From Candidatus Omnitrophota bacterium (lineage in GTDB: Bacteria > Omnitrophota > Gorgyraeia > Zapsychrales > Aceulaceae): 64,000 bases of DNA. Made by a program: the position numbers and the translations under genes. The notes below the pieces were generated by a model that saw only the letters and a list, made by a program, of their open reading frames with translations, ran no database searches and was not told where the DNA came from. Where the stretch lies: the NCBI GenBank assembly GCA_028693815.1, contig JAQUUP010000005.1, positions 104-64,103 on the forward strand. The letters are read 5' to 3'. Shown one piece after another: positions 38,587 through 49,280 of this stretch (position 1 is the first letter of the stretch; each line of letters opens with the position of its first letter).

Positions 38587-39776
38587 AAAATCCAAAAATT
38601 TATTTAGATAACAATGCCACAACACCGCTTCATCCGGAGGTCAAGAAAGCTTTGGTTGAGGCAATGGAAGTTTTTGGTAATCCTTCTAGCATGCACGAGT
38701 TTGGGAGGGAAGCAAAAACGTTATTGGATAGTGCGAGAGAAAAGGTTTCTTCTTTTATTGGGGCCAATATTGATGAGGTTGTTTTTGTTGGAAGCGGGTC
38801 AGAAGCTAACAATACAGTTCTTTCGATGTTGGCTTGTCCGTCAAAACATTGCTGCAGTTTTCAGAGTGCATCGAAAAAAATTATTACAACTAAGATCGAG
38901 CATCCGTGCGTTTTTGAGACAGCAAAGTGTTTGCGCGATCGTGGCATTGAGGTCGATTTTTTAGATGTGGACGAATATGGGAAAATAAATATTGAGCAAT
39001 ATAAGGAAATTCTTTTAAGAGGCGGCGTTTCTTTAGTTTCGATTATGACAGCTAATAATGAAATCGGGACAATCCAGGACATCAAAATGTTGTGTCATTT
39101 GGCTCATAAGCATGGATCTTTGTTCCATACGGATGCTGTACAGGCTGTTGGCAAAATACCTATTGATGTTAATGATTTGAATGTTGATTTTCTAACACTT
39201 TCTGGACACAAAATATACGGGCCCAAGGGTATCGGAGCGTTATATGTAAAGAAGGGAATTAGTTTTTGTCCGCTGATTCGAGGTGGCCATCAAGAAAAAG
39301 GACGTCGCGCCGGAACAGAAAATGTATTAGGTATCATTGGCCTTGGAAAAGCTGTTGAGATGCGTTCAAAAGAAATGGCGGAAGAAGAAAAACGTCTTTT
39401 ACGCTTAAAGAATTTGTTGAAACATGGGATTGAAAAAAGTATTCCTGATATTCATTTTAATGGCCATCCTGATGATTGTTTGGCTGGAACATTAAATGTT
39501 TCTTTTTCTGGAGCCGAAGGAGAAGCGATTTTGCTTTATCTTGACATGGAAGGCATCAGTGTTTCAACCGGATCGGCATGTTCCTCAGGATCTCTTGATC
39601 CGTCTCATGTTTTGCTCGCAACTGGGGTGGGAGCTGAGCAAGCGCATGGCTCTATCCGTATAAGCCTTGGGCGCGAAACAACACAAAAAGAAATTGAATA
39701 TTTGCTAGAGGTATTTCCTAAGATAATTAATAAGATACGCGAAATGTCAACGGCATACGTAAGGAAAGATAAATAA
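38583..39776 (+). CDS. cysteine desulfurase (NifS/IscS)
   Basis: It has the SGHKIYGPKGIGALY PLP-Lys motif. The active-site Cys lies in GSACSSG. Confidence 0.85.
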   Translation: MKNPKIYLDNNATTPLHPEVKKALVEAMEVFGNPSSMHEFGREAKTLLDSAREKVSSFIGANIDEVVFVGSGSEANNTVLSMLACPSKHCCSFQSASKKIITTKIEHPCVFETAKCLRDRGIEVDFLDVDEYGKINIEQYKEILLRGGVSLVSIMTANNEIGTIQDIKMLCHLAHKHGSLFHTDAVQAVGKIPIDVNDLNVDFLTLSGHKIYGPKGIGALYVKKGISFCPLIRGGHQEKGRRAGTENVLGIIGLGKAVEMRSKEMAEEEKRLLRLKNLLKHGIEKSIPDIHFNGHPDDCLAGTLNVSFSGAEGEAILLYLDMEGISVSTGSACSSGSLDPSHVLLATGVGAEQAHGSIRISLGRETTQKEIEYLLEVFPKIINKIREMSTAYVRKDK

Positions 39777-40372
39777 TGGAATCTAATTGGGTCTATACCG
39801 ATAAAGTTAAAGAGCATTTTATGCATCCAAAAAATGTTTTAAAGGATGATGAGGGTTTTAAGCCGGATGGTGAAGGAATGGTTGGAAATATTAAATGTGG
39901 CGATCAAATGATGATGATGATTAAAGTTAAGGATGATATGATTATTGATTGTCGATGGAAGACATACGGATGCGCATCGGCGATTGCAAGCACATCGGTT
40001 CTTTCTGAGATGATTAAAGGAATGAGTCTTAAAAAAGCATTTAAATTAACGCCAAAAGAAATTATGCAGCAATTAGGGTCTCTTCCAGAGCATAAAATTC
40101 ATTGCTCGGTTTTGGGAGATAAAGCGCTACGTGCTGCGATTAATGATTATTATCAAAAAAATGGCATGACTGATAAGGTTTGCAAGGAAGAGGCAAAGAT
40201 TATTTGTCAATGTATGAATGTTACTGATCACGAAATAGAAGATGCTGTTTTAGAAGGTGCTCGAACGTATTATGAGCTTCAAGAGCGGACAAAGCTTGGG
40301 ACGGTTTGTGGTCAGTGTGAAACAGAAGCAAAAGTGATTTTGGAAAAATACATTAAAGAACATTTTAAATAA
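39776..40372 (+). CDS. NifU-like Fe-S scaffold (IscU-like N-terminal domain plus BFD-like [2Fe-2S] domain)
   Basis: The Cys residues in GNIKCGDQMM and CASAI match IscU. The BFD-like Cys pairs are CQCMNV...CGQC. Confidence 0.75.
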   Translation: MESNWVYTDKVKEHFMHPKNVLKDDEGFKPDGEGMVGNIKCGDQMMMMIKVKDDMIIDCRWKTYGCASAIASTSVLSEMIKGMSLKKAFKLTPKEIMQQLGSLPEHKIHCSVLGDKALRAAINDYYQKNGMTDKVCKEEAKIICQCMNVTDHEIEDAVLEGARTYYELQERTKLGTVCGQCETEAKVILEKYIKEHFK

Positions 40373-40419
40373 GAGCGTAACTTAGAGAACTTAGTGAGAT
40401 AAGTTGTTTGCTTGAATTT

Positions 40420-40453
40420 ATCCTTGACCATCAAAATGTAAAAGGTCAAGGAT
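40420..40453 (+). other. perfect 10-bp hairpin ATCCTTGACC / GGTCAAGGAT with a 14-nt loop
   Basis: An inverted repeat downstream of the nifU-like gene. It has no U-tract. Confidence 0.5.
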
Positions 40454-40486
40454 TTAGCTTATAGCAATTTTAACACAGGAGGGCAT

Positions 40487-40735
40487 ATGGCAAAGTTTGA
40501 TGCGAAAGCTTTTGGAATTAGTTGTGGAGTTGTTTGGGGTGTTGGTATGTTTTTTCTTGGAATTTTCGATATTTTTTCAACGTGGGGTTGCGGGATAACC
40601 AAAATGATGTCAACGCTTTATATCGGGTATCAGCCTACAATTTTAGGAAGCGTTATTGGCGCCCTTTGGGGATTTGTGGATGCTGGCATTGGTGGTTTTG
40701 TTTTCGCACTTTTGTATAACAAATTAGCGAAATAA
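40487..40735 (+). CDS. small Gly/Trp-rich membrane protein, hypothetical
   Basis: 82 aa with two predicted transmembrane segments. A GGAGGG RBS lies upstream. Confidence 0.5.
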   Translation: MAKFDAKAFGISCGVVWGVGMFFLGIFDIFSTWGCGITKMMSTLYIGYQPTILGSVIGALWGFVDAGIGGFVFALLYNKLAK

Positions 40736-40753
40736 AGTAGAGCATAGGTTTAG

Positions 40754-40795
40754 ATGGGCGGCCTTTAAAAAAAAGGCCGCCCATTTTTATTTATT
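40754..40795 (+). terminator. rho-independent terminator (possibly bidirectional)
   Basis: ATGGGCGGCC-tttaaaaaaaa-GGCCGCCCAT followed by TTTTATTTATT. Confidence 0.85.
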
Positions 40796-40889
40796 CAATC
40801 ATTAAAACTTAAGACTTTTTTTGTTAAGTAGCAAAGATTTATGTTATAATCACATATCATTTTTTGTATTTTAAAATAAGGAGATTAGT

Positions 40890-42332
40890 TTGTCTAAAAA
40901 ACCAAGAATGACGTCTTTTGAGAAATCATCCTTGATTTCTCAATTTAATATTTTTTTTGTTTTATTTTCTGTGATCCCTTTGGGGGTTCTTTATTATTTT
41001 TATCGTCAACTTACTGACTCTGGAAAGATTGAAATTACGATTGAAGATTTTAGGGCAACGCTGACTTTGGTTGTTCTTGGGATTGCGGTTGGTTATTTTG
41101 CAATGAATATGGTTTTTAGAAAATTATTGCGTTTAATCAAAAGTAATCAAAGTGCTTTGCAAAATTTCTTAGACGATGACAAGATGGGGGAAATTCAGTC
41201 AAATAATAATGAGGTTGCTGTTTTAACGAAAACATTTAGTGAGATTCGTTCTAAATTAGAGCAAAATGTTGAAAAACTTGAGATGGCCAAAAATACCTTG
41301 CAGTCTGTTTTGGCTAAAGTTGGAGAAGGGATTTCTTCTGTTCAAAATATTGATGCATTTTTAGAGCTTATTGTCGAAACGCTTGTTGATGCTGTTGGAG
41401 CAAAATCTGGTGCATTGCTTTTTTTAGATTCGGAAGCTACAGAGCTGAATGTTCGAACGGTATTAGGGGAGAATTTAAAAATTAAGAGAAATGCCTGCTT
41501 TAAGGTTTCTGAATCTATTTTTAAGTCGGTTATTGAATCAAGAGAAAACTTGATTATTTCTCAAAGGGATTCCGCTGCATTTAAGTTGACTGCTAAACAC
41601 GATTATTTCGAATTTCCGCTGGTGTGCGCACCTCTTTTAGTCCACGATAAAGTGCTGGGTATCATTGTTATCTGCGGACGAAAATTCGATACAAATTTTA
41701 CACATGATGATGCGTCGCTTTTGACAAGCATTGCAACGCAAACGGCAATAGCGGTTGAAAACGATCAGCTTAATCTTGATGCGGAAAAAACATACTTTGA
41801 TATCATTTCAGCTTTAGCTTTAGCTGTTGAGGCAAAAGATCCGTATTCTCGCGGGCATTTGGATCGAGTTTCTGATTATTCTTTGAAGATTGCAGAAAAA
41901 TTTGGCCTGACTGATGATGAAAAGAAATTGTTGCGAGATGCCGCACGATTGCATGATCTTGGAAAGATTGGAATCACAGACGATATCCTTTGTAAAAACG
42001 GCCCATTAACAGAGCAAGAATGGGTTGTTATGAGAAACCATCCCGAAATTGGTGAGGGCATTGTAAAATCAGTCAAGTCGCTTTCTGGGCTTTGCGATAT
42101 TGTTCGTCATCATCACGAGAAGCTTGACGGAACAGGTTATCCAGATGGTCTCAAGGGTGACGAGATAAGTTTGCTGGTGCGCATTTTAGCGGTTGCAGAT
42201 ATCTGTGATGCTTTAATGACTAATCGTCCTTATCGAAGAGCCTTAAGCGCTGAAGAGACAAAGAAAACGTTAAAAGAGATGGGCGATAAAGTTGACCAAA
42301 AAATTGTTGATGCGCTTGCTTCAATTCTTTAG
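40890..42332 (+). CDS. GAF-domain HD-GYP c-di-GMP phosphodiesterase
   Basis: It has HDLGKIGI and HHEKLDGTGYPDGL motifs. The start codon is TTG, preceded by an AAGGAG RBS. Confidence 0.8.
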   Translation: MSKKPRMTSFEKSSLISQFNIFFVLFSVIPLGVLYYFYRQLTDSGKIEITIEDFRATLTLVVLGIAVGYFAMNMVFRKLLRLIKSNQSALQNFLDDDKMGEIQSNNNEVAVLTKTFSEIRSKLEQNVEKLEMAKNTLQSVLAKVGEGISSVQNIDAFLELIVETLVDAVGAKSGALLFLDSEATELNVRTVLGENLKIKRNACFKVSESIFKSVIESRENLIISQRDSAAFKLTAKHDYFEFPLVCAPLLVHDKVLGIIVICGRKFDTNFTHDDASLLTSIATQTAIAVENDQLNLDAEKTYFDIISALALAVEAKDPYSRGHLDRVSDYSLKIAEKFGLTDDEKKLLRDAARLHDLGKIGITDDILCKNGPLTEQEWVVMRNHPEIGEGIVKSVKSLSGLCDIVRHHHEKLDGTGYPDGLKGDEISLLVRILAVADICDALMTNRPYRRALSAEETKKTLKEMGDKVDQKIVDALASIL

Positions 42333-42376
42333 GATATCCCTTTTTAAAAATATTTACTACCTTGTAAGGAGTTAGA

Positions 42377-43450
42377 ATGGAAATAGGAATCGTTGGGCTT
42401 CCTAATGTAGGAAAGTCAACACTTTTTAACGCATTAACTGGCGCAGGCGTTGCCGCCGAAAATTTTCCGTTTACAACAATTGAGCCAAACATTGGAATTG
42501 TGCCTCTGGCAGATGAGAGGTTGATGCATCTGGCTAAAGAATTTCAGAGTGCGAAAATCACACCTAGTGGAATTCGATTTGTTGATATTGCTGGTATTGT
42601 CAAAGGGGCAAGCCAAGGAGAAGGTTTAGGAAATAAGTTTTTGGGTAATATTCGCAGCGTGGATGCAATATGTCATGTGGTTCGCTGTTTTCATGATGAG
42701 AATATTGTCAACGCTACCGGAGATTTGAATCCAATTCATGCAGCAGAAACGATTGAAACTGAGCTATTGCTGGCAGATTTGCAACAAGCAGAGAAGGCTT
42801 ATCAGCGATTGATTAAGGTAGCAAAATCTGGAGATCAAAACGCGAAAGATAAGGTGGAAGCTTTAGATATTGCAATTAAAGGTTTCAATGATGGACAATC
42901 GGCGCGTTCGCTTAATCTTCCTGATGATGTTATTGGAGAGTTTCAATTTCTAACGATGAAGCCAATTTTATATGTAGCTAATACATCCGAAGGAGATCCT
43001 TGCGATGATATGCTTAAGCCTTTAAGAGAATTGGCAGAAAAGGAAAAGACGCAAGTCATTGTTTTGTCAACAAAGCTTGAAGCCGAAATTTTAGAGTTGC
43101 CACAAGAAGAGCGAGAGAGTTATTATGAAGATGCCGGTATCACATCGCCGGGATTGGCAAAGCTTGCAAAGGCAGGCCAAGAACTTCTTGATTTGATTTG
43201 TTTTTTTACAGCGGGAGAAAAAGAATCGCGGGCTTGGTTAGTTTCTGAGGGGACTAAGGCGCCGCAAGCTGCTGGAAAAATTCATACTGACATTGAGCGA
43301 GGTTTTATTCGTGCAGAAATTTTCAAATATGATGATTTAAAACGCGAAGGTAATTATGAAACGGTTAAGCAAAAAAATCTTGTTACTTTGGAAGGTAAAG
43401 AATACGTTATGAAAGATGGGGATGTGGCTCATTTTCGGTTTAGCGTATAA
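42377..43450 (+). CDS. ychF: ribosome-binding ATPase YchF
   Basis: It has a [19 protein letters not shown]-loop and a TGS C-terminal domain. Confidence 0.9.
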   Translation: MEIGIVGLPNVGKSTLFNALTGAGVAAENFPFTTIEPNIGIVPLADERLMHLAKEFQSAKITPSGIRFVDIAGIVKGASQGEGLGNKFLGNIRSVDAICHVVRCFHDENIVNATGDLNPIHAAETIETELLLADLQQAEKAYQRLIKVAKSGDQNAKDKVEALDIAIKGFNDGQSARSLNLPDDVIGEFQFLTMKPILYVANTSEGDPCDDMLKPLRELAEKEKTQVIVLSTKLEAEILELPQEERESYYEDAGITSPGLAKLAKAGQELLDLICFFTAGEKESRAWLVSEGTKAPQAAGKIHTDIERGFIRAEIFKYDDLKREGNYETVKQKNLVTLEGKEYVMKDGDVAHFRFSV

Positions 43451-43461
43451 CTTAAGGAAAT

Positions 43462-43497
43462 CCCGATACCCTTTGGGTACGGGATAAATTCGGACTA
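43462..43497 (+). repeat. single-hairpin unit of the family-2 repeat, copy D
   Basis: TTAAGGAAATCCCGATACCC-ttt-GGGTACGGGATAAATTCGG. It has the same flanks as copies A-C, and its stem differs by compensatory changes. Confidence 0.75.
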
Positions 43498-43550
43498 ATA
43501 ATTTACGAGCGCTTCGCTCTACAAATTATGTCCTCATTTAGGAGGGAAAG

Positions 43551-44978
43551 ATGAAAAAGATTTTATTAATTTCTGTTATATTTGTTTTTTGTGCGTTTTC
43601 TTTAGCGCAGGCTCAGACTGTAACAAAATCTACTATCGATGATCAAATAGGCGTTGAGGTGACGGTTTATAATTCAAACGTTGGGCTTGTTAAAGATACG
43701 CGTAAAGTTAATCTTTCAACCGGAAAAGAAAACGAACTTCAGTTTATGGATGTGGCGGCTTCTATTATGCCGGTGACGGTTCATGCTAAATCTCTAAACG
43801 CACCGGACAAGTTTATGGTTTTAGAGCAGAATTATGAATACGATTTGATGAATAGCACAAAGCTTTTGGATAAATTTGTTGGTAAGAAAATTAAGCTGAT
43901 GGAAAATAATCAGTATCAGGATCGTAAGAGCATTGTTGAGGCAACACTTTTGAGTAATAACAACGGTCAGATTTATAAAGTCGGCGATGAAATTTATTTG
44001 GGTTATCCTGGCTATCAAGTATTGCCAAAAATTCCAGAAAATCTTATTGCCAAGCCAACTCTAACGTGGATGTATGCTTCTAGCGTGAGGGCTCACGATC
44101 TTCAGGTTTCTTATTTGACAAATCAGATTAATTGGAAAGCAGACTATGTTTTGATTCTCGATAAAGCTGATGTAAAAGCAGATCTCTCGGGCTGGGTAAC
44201 CATCGACAATAAAAGCGGCACTGCTTATAATAATGCTAAGCTCAAGCTTGTTGCTGGTGATGTTAATCGCGTTCAGCAAAATCAGGGGCGTGGAATGCGA
44301 TATAAAAACGAAGCATTAATGATGGATTCTATTATGGAAGCACCGCAATTTCAAGAACAGGCATTTTTTGAATATCATATTTATGATTTGCAGCGGCAAA
44401 CCGATATTAAGGATAATCAAACAAAACAAATTAGTTTGTTGGAAGCCAATGGGTTTAACATTACGAAAGAGTTTTTAGTTTATGGTGAGCAAGGATATTA
44501 CACGCGTCAATATCGAGAAGAGATTCCAAAACAGAAAGCCAAGGTTTTTGTAAAATTTAAGAATGAAGAAAAGAACAATCTTGGGCTTCCGTTGCCCGCT
44601 GGAATAATGCGCCTTTATAAGCAAGACGATAAAGGTTCTTTGCAATTTATTGGTGAAGATCGCATTGATCATATGCCGAAAGATGAAGAAGTTAAAATTA
44701 AAGTTGGAGAGGCATTTGATGTTGTTGTTGAGCGTAAACAGATCGACTACAAACAGATTACGAGAACGCTTTATGAAACAGAATGGGAAATCACCGTTCG
44801 TAATCATAAAAAAGAAGAGATAACCGTTGGGCTTATTGAGCCGCTTTATGGTAACTGGACGATGCTTTCAAGTAGCCATCAATACGAGAAGATAGGAGCC
44901 TTTACGGCACGTTTTGATGTTAGAGTTCCTAAAGACGGCGAAGTTACTGTTAAATATCGGATTCGCGTTGGAATTTAA
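43551..44978 (+). CDS. secreted hypothetical protein (possibly DUF4139/TIGR02231-like)
   Basis: It has a signal peptide (MKKILLISVIFVFCAFSLAQA). The family assignment is from memory and unverified. Confidence 0.5.
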   Translation: MKKILLISVIFVFCAFSLAQAQTVTKSTIDDQIGVEVTVYNSNVGLVKDTRKVNLSTGKENELQFMDVAASIMPVTVHAKSLNAPDKFMVLEQNYEYDLMNSTKLLDKFVGKKIKLMENNQYQDRKSIVEATLLSNNNGQIYKVGDEIYLGYPGYQVLPKIPENLIAKPTLTWMYASSVRAHDLQVSYLTNQINWKADYVLILDKADVKADLSGWVTIDNKSGTAYNNAKLKLVAGDVNRVQQNQGRGMRYKNEALMMDSIMEAPQFQEQAFFEYHIYDLQRQTDIKDNQTKQISLLEANGFNITKEFLVYGEQGYYTRQYREEIPKQKAKVFVKFKNEEKNNLGLPLPAGIMRLYKQDDKGSLQFIGEDRIDHMPKDEEVKIKVGEAFDVVVERKQIDYKQITRTLYETEWEITVRNHKKEEITVGLIEPLYGNWTMLSSSHQYEKIGAFTARFDVRVPKDGEVTVKYRIRVGI

Positions 44979-45024
44979 TAGAGGTTTTTCGTCTTTAAGG
45001 AGTTATTTATAGCGAGGAAGATTT

Positions 45025-45777
45025 ATGAAAAAATTTAAGATTTTTTTTAATTGGCAGGTTTGGTTTGGTATTAGCCTTTTGATGTTTTCGGCTTTCGTTT
45101 ATTATATTCATTATCTGATTTTTCATGATGCGCATCATATTTTTATTTATTTGATCGGCGATATTGCGTTTGTTTTTATTGAGGTTTTGCTTGTTACGCT
45201 TATTTTGCATCAAGTTTTAAGCCGAAGAGAAAAACGTTTGATGCTTAATAAGCTAAACATGTTGATTGGAATATTTTTTAGCGAAGTTGGCACAGAGCTT
45301 TTGAGAAAATTTATAGCGCTAGACAAAGAGTCTCAAGAAATAAGTGATAAGCTTTCTTCTGCAAGCAACCGGACGCTTAAGGAGTTTTCTTTAGCGGTTG
45401 ATAATTTAAAGCACTGCCATCACGACATCGATATAACAACAGAGAGCTTAGTTGAAATAAAAAAACTTTTGGCCTCCAAACGTGATTTTTTGGCAAATCT
45501 CTTGGCTAACCCCAATATGTTAGAACATGATGCATTTACAGGTCTTTTGTGGTCTGTTTTTCATTTAATGGAAGAATTGTTGCAGCGAAAAGATCTTGCA
45601 TTGTTGCCAAAGGCAGATTATGCGCATATTGCGTCTGACATTGACCGCGTGTATCGTTATTTAGTTTCTGAGTGGATTGAGTACATGAAGCATCTTAAAA
45701 AATCGTATCCATACTTGTTTTCATTGGCGTTAAGAGCGAATCCATTTGATCCAAATCCATGCGTTGAAATAACATAG
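45025..45777 (+). CDS. hypothetical membrane protein (two N-terminal TM helices plus a helical cytoplasmic domain)
   Basis: A hydrophobic N-terminus. No recognisable catalytic motif. Confidence 0.5.
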   Translation: MKKFKIFFNWQVWFGISLLMFSAFVYYIHYLIFHDAHHIFIYLIGDIAFVFIEVLLVTLILHQVLSRREKRLMLNKLNMLIGIFFSEVGTELLRKFIALDKESQEISDKLSSASNRTLKEFSLAVDNLKHCHHDIDITTESLVEIKKLLASKRDFLANLLANPNMLEHDAFTGLLWSVFHLMEELLQRKDLALLPKADYAHIASDIDRVYRYLVSEWIEYMKHLKKSYPYLFSLALRANPFDPNPCVEIT

Positions 45778-45819
45778 AATACAGATGGAAATTATTTCTG
45801 TTAAAATTATATTTCTTGA

Positions 45820-45853
45820 CAGATATCTTTAAAAAGAGGTAGAATAAATTTGC
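45820..45853 (+). promoter_or_regulatory. putative sigma70 promoter TTGACA-18-TAGAAT
   Basis: It lies upstream of the small gene at 45869. Confidence 0.4.
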
Positions 45854-45868
45854 CACGGGGGATAAAAA

Positions 45869-46054
45869 ATGTGTAAAATACCACTAGAAGAACTTTTAAA
45901 AGATAAAAGAGTTGTCGAGGAAATTCAACGCCATCAATGGTTTGAGAGTGAAAAGAAGGGGCGCGATATTGGATTTAATGCGGCCGCCAAAGATTGGCAT
46001 AAGCGATTTGCTCAAGAATGGCTTAGATATCACGATTTAGAGATCCCTGCGTAA
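45869..46054 (+). CDS. small conserved-looking hypothetical protein (61 aa)
   Basis: A GGGGGA RBS lies upstream. The product contains HQWFESEKKGRDIGF...AAKDWHKRF. Confidence 0.45.
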   Translation: MCKIPLEELLKDKRVVEEIQRHQWFESEKKGRDIGFNAAAKDWHKRFAQEWLRYHDLEIPA

Positions 46055-46182
46055 TTTTCAGGTCCTGTTTTGTTTTTCACTTATACCCCTCAAAATAATT
46101 TGAAGAAAATTTAGTAAAAGCCATTTTTTATACGCAATGGTTCAATATCCATATTAGTATTAATAATTATAAAGGAATTAAA

Positions 46183-47811
46183 ATGTCATTGAAACTAGAA
46201 AAGCTTAAGAAATTTAAAGGACGCCCAGGGCCTCTTTTGTTTATTATTATGGATGGTGTTGGAATTGGAAAACAAGATGAAACGGATGGTGTTTTTAGCG
46301 CAAAAACACCATGTTTGGATCAGCTTTTTAAGAGTGATCTTTTTACGACACTTCAGGCTCATGGAACTGCCGTAGGACTTCCAACGGATGATGATATGGG
46401 AAATAGTGAAGTTGGTCATAATGCGCTTGGTGCAGGCAGAGTGTTTGAGCAGGGAGCAAAATTGGTTGATGCGTCTATTGAAACAGGAGAAATCTTTAAA
46501 ACTCCTATTTGGGAGAAATTGACAAAGAATCCATCTGAGGATAAGAGCACAATTCATCTTGTTGGCCTTCTTTCCGACGGTAATGTGCATTCTCACATCA
46601 AGCATTTTTTTGCGTTAATTAAGCAATGTGCAAAACAGAATGTTAAAAAGCTTCGATTGCATATTTTGTTGGATGGGCGTGATGTTGGAGAAAAAACCGC
46701 ATTGGGATATGTTCAGAAAACCGAAGAGCTTTTAAGAACAATTAATGATGAATTTGGGTTTGATTATTGCATCGCCTCTGGCGGAGGACGGATGATTACA
46801 ACAATGGATCGTTATGCTGCTGATTGGAGCGTTGTTAAAAGAGGGTGGGATGCCCATGTGCTCGGTAAAGCTCGTATGTTTGAATCAGCGACTCAAGCTA
46901 TTCAGACGTATTATGATGAGGATCCAAAAATTACGGATCAGTATTTAGAGTCATTTGTTGTTGCAAAAGACGGGAATCCAGTTGGGAAAATTAATGATGG
47001 AGATTCAGTTGTATTTTTAAATTTTAGAGGAGATAGAGCTATTGAGCTGTCGCGTGCTTTTGATGAAAAAGATTTTAGCGAATTTGATCGAGAATATTAT
47101 CCGAATGTGATATTTGCTGGAATGATGGAATATGATGGAGATCTCAAAGTTCCCAAGAATTATTTGGTGAATCCTCCTAAAATTGATCGAACGATTGGCG
47201 AATATCTTTGTGATGAAGGTATCAAATCTTTTGCGCTTTCAGAAACGCAAAAGTATGGTCATGTGACATATTTTTGGAATGGAAATAAATCTGGATATAT
47301 CAATGAGCAAATGGAGAAATATATCGAGATTCCATCTGATAAAGTTCGCTTTGAGCAAGCGCCTAAAATGAAAGTTTATGAAATCACTGAAAAAGCGATC
47401 GAGCTTTTGAAAAGCGGTGAATATAAGTTTGGACGTATTAATTTTCCAAATGGAGATATGGTCGGACACACGGGTGTCGTTGATGCCATCAAGGTGTCAA
47501 TGGAAGCTTTAGATGAATGTGTTTGTAAGCTTATCAAGACCGTGAGTTCTCTTGGTGGGATCACGGTTGTATCCGCCGATCACGGGAATGCAGACGAGAT
47601 GTTTACGGAAAAAAATGGAAAGCACTCTGTTAAGACTGCGCACACATTAAATCCTGTGCCATTTATTATCGTTGATTCTGCATATGACGGTGAATATAAG
47701 ATGGCAGATCTTGATAAGCGGGGACTGTCAAATGTGGCGGCAACACTGCTTAATTTTCTTGGGTTTAATGCGCCAAAGGACTATGATTCGTCTTTGATTT
47801 CGGTTGAATAG
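46183..47811 (+). CDS. gpmI: 2,3-bisphosphoglycerate-independent phosphoglycerate mutase
   Basis: 542 aa with IIMDGVGIG and NSEVGHNALGAGRV motifs. Confidence 0.8.
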   Translation: MSLKLEKLKKFKGRPGPLLFIIMDGVGIGKQDETDGVFSAKTPCLDQLFKSDLFTTLQAHGTAVGLPTDDDMGNSEVGHNALGAGRVFEQGAKLVDASIETGEIFKTPIWEKLTKNPSEDKSTIHLVGLLSDGNVHSHIKHFFALIKQCAKQNVKKLRLHILLDGRDVGEKTALGYVQKTEELLRTINDEFGFDYCIASGGGRMITTMDRYAADWSVVKRGWDAHVLGKARMFESATQAIQTYYDEDPKITDQYLESFVVAKDGNPVGKINDGDSVVFLNFRGDRAIELSRAFDEKDFSEFDREYYPNVIFAGMMEYDGDLKVPKNYLVNPPKIDRTIGEYLCDEGIKSFALSETQKYGHVTYFWNGNKSGYINEQMEKYIEIPSDKVRFEQAPKMKVYEITEKAIELLKSGEYKFGRINFPNGDMVGHTGVVDAIKVSMEALDECVCKLIKTVSSLGGITVVSADHGNADEMFTEKNGKHSVKTAHTLNPVPFIIVDSAYDGEYKMADLDKRGLSNVAATLLNFLGFNAPKDYDSSLISVE

Positions 47812-47891
47812 TGCTATGCGATAAATTTAATAATTCTCTTTAAACAGCGCCAGTATAAATATATACTAGAAATAAATGCATTACACCTATT

Positions 47892-48893
47892 ATGACTAAA
47901 AAGAAGCCTGAACTTCATGATGAGAAATTTCGATTAATTTTTGAGCATTCTCCAGTCTCAATTTGGGAAGAAGATTTTTCGTGTTTTATTGAGTTACGAG
48001 ATCAACTCAAAGAGCAAGGTGTTGTTAATTATCATAAATATTTAAGTCAACATCCCAGCGTTGCCGCTAAGGCATTTCAGAGTATCAAAGTTTGTGATGC
48101 TAACAGGGCCGCGCTTAAGCTTCATGGTTCTAAGAGCAAAGAGGAGCTTATTAAGCATTTTGGGCAAACATTTACTAGGGATGACATAAAAGTTTTAATT
48201 GAACAATTTGTTTCTTTGATTAGCGGCGAGAGGATTTTTGAATCGGAGTTTTCGACCAAGGCAGCGAATGGAAAACGCCGCGATTTATGGCTGCGGGCTG
48301 CTGTTCCTAATGAGTATGAAGAAACTTTGTCTAGAGTCATTATTACAATTGAAGATATTACAGCGCGCAAAAAGAAAGAAAATTATTTAAAGCGTATTGC
48401 GCAAGAAGATAGTTTGACAGGTTTGTTGAATCATAAAACGATTACAAAGCGTGTTGATGAAGAGCTTAATCGATGCCGTCGCTATAATGCGCCAATGGCT
48501 TGTTTGATGGTTGACATTGATCATTTTAAGCCCATTAATGATAATTTTGGACATCAAATCGGGGATCGTATGCTTAAGCAGATTGCAGGTTTTCTAAATA
48601 AGCTTTTACGAAATACGGATCTTTTGGGCAGGTACGGAGGAGATGAATTTTTAATTATTTTAACAGGAACAGAGCAATCCGGGGCCATTGTGGCCGCAGA
48701 GCGCATTAGAGAGACAATTGCTAATAAGCAGTTTAAGCTTAACATTAAGAGTTCAATTAAGACGACTTTAAGTATTGGAGCAACATCTTATCCTGCTAAT
48801 CAAGCAAAAACGACTAAAGAATTTATTCATTGTGCTGATAAAGCATTGTATCAGGCTAAGGCAGATGGCCGAAATTGTGTTCATTTTTCATAA
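47892..48893 (+). CDS. PAS-domain diguanylate cyclase (GGDEF)
   Basis: It has an RYGGDEF active-site motif. Confidence 0.85.
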   Translation: MTKKKPELHDEKFRLIFEHSPVSIWEEDFSCFIELRDQLKEQGVVNYHKYLSQHPSVAAKAFQSIKVCDANRAALKLHGSKSKEELIKHFGQTFTRDDIKVLIEQFVSLISGERIFESEFSTKAANGKRRDLWLRAAVPNEYEETLSRVIITIEDITARKKKENYLKRIAQEDSLTGLLNHKTITKRVDEELNRCRRYNAPMACLMVDIDHFKPINDNFGHQIGDRMLKQIAGFLNKLLRNTDLLGRYGGDEFLIILTGTEQSGAIVAAERIRETIANKQFKLNIKSSIKTTLSIGATSYPANQAKTTKEFIHCADKALYQAKADGRNCVHFS

Positions 48894-48923
48894 ATATTCA
48901 ATATTTCAAGGATTTATATAAAA

Positions 48924-48958
48924 CTTGACTATTATATATATAAATAGTATAATGTCCA
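48924..48958 (+). promoter_or_regulatory. sigma70 promoter TTGACT-17-TATAAT for rpsO-pnp
   Basis: A canonical match at 48924-48929 and 48947-48952. Confidence 0.55.
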
Positions 48959-49001
48959 AAATTTACGTCAGTTGATAATAACGAAGAAGGAGGAAAAGGA
49001 A

Positions 49002-49271
49002 TTGGTTTTATTGAAAGAAAAGAAAACAGAGGTAATTGATAATTTTAAAGTTCATGCGAAAGATACAGGATCTTCAGTGGTTCAGGTCGCAATCTTAACT
49101 GAAAGAATTAATGATCTTGCAGAGCATTTAAAAGTTCATAAAAAAGATTTTCATTCTCGCCGTGGTCTTTTGGTTATGATTGGTGCCAGAAGACGCCATT
49201 TGGCTTATTTAAAGAAAAAAAATCCCCTAAAATACGAAGAAACAATAAAGAAGCTTAATTTACGTAAGTGA
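49002..49271 (+). CDS. rpsO: 30S ribosomal protein S15
   Basis: 89 aa from the TTG at 49002, preceded by an AGGAGG RBS. The product contains [16 protein letters not shown]. The ORF-track start at 48972 is probably too far upstream. Confidence 0.8.
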   Translation: MVLLKEKKTEVIDNFKVHAKDTGSSVVQVAILTERINDLAEHLKVHKKDFHSRRGLLVMIGARRRHLAYLKKKNPLKYEETIKKLNLRK

Positions 49272-49280
49272 GGTTAGTTA

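Noticed and set aside
43498-43550. An echo of the ychF 3' end (ATGTggCTCATTT versus ATGTccTCATTT) after repeat copy D, parallel to the trpB duplication
   Set aside because: The match is too short (about 13 of 17 nt) to distinguish from chance in AT-rich DNA. It is mentioned only as weak support in the trpB finding.
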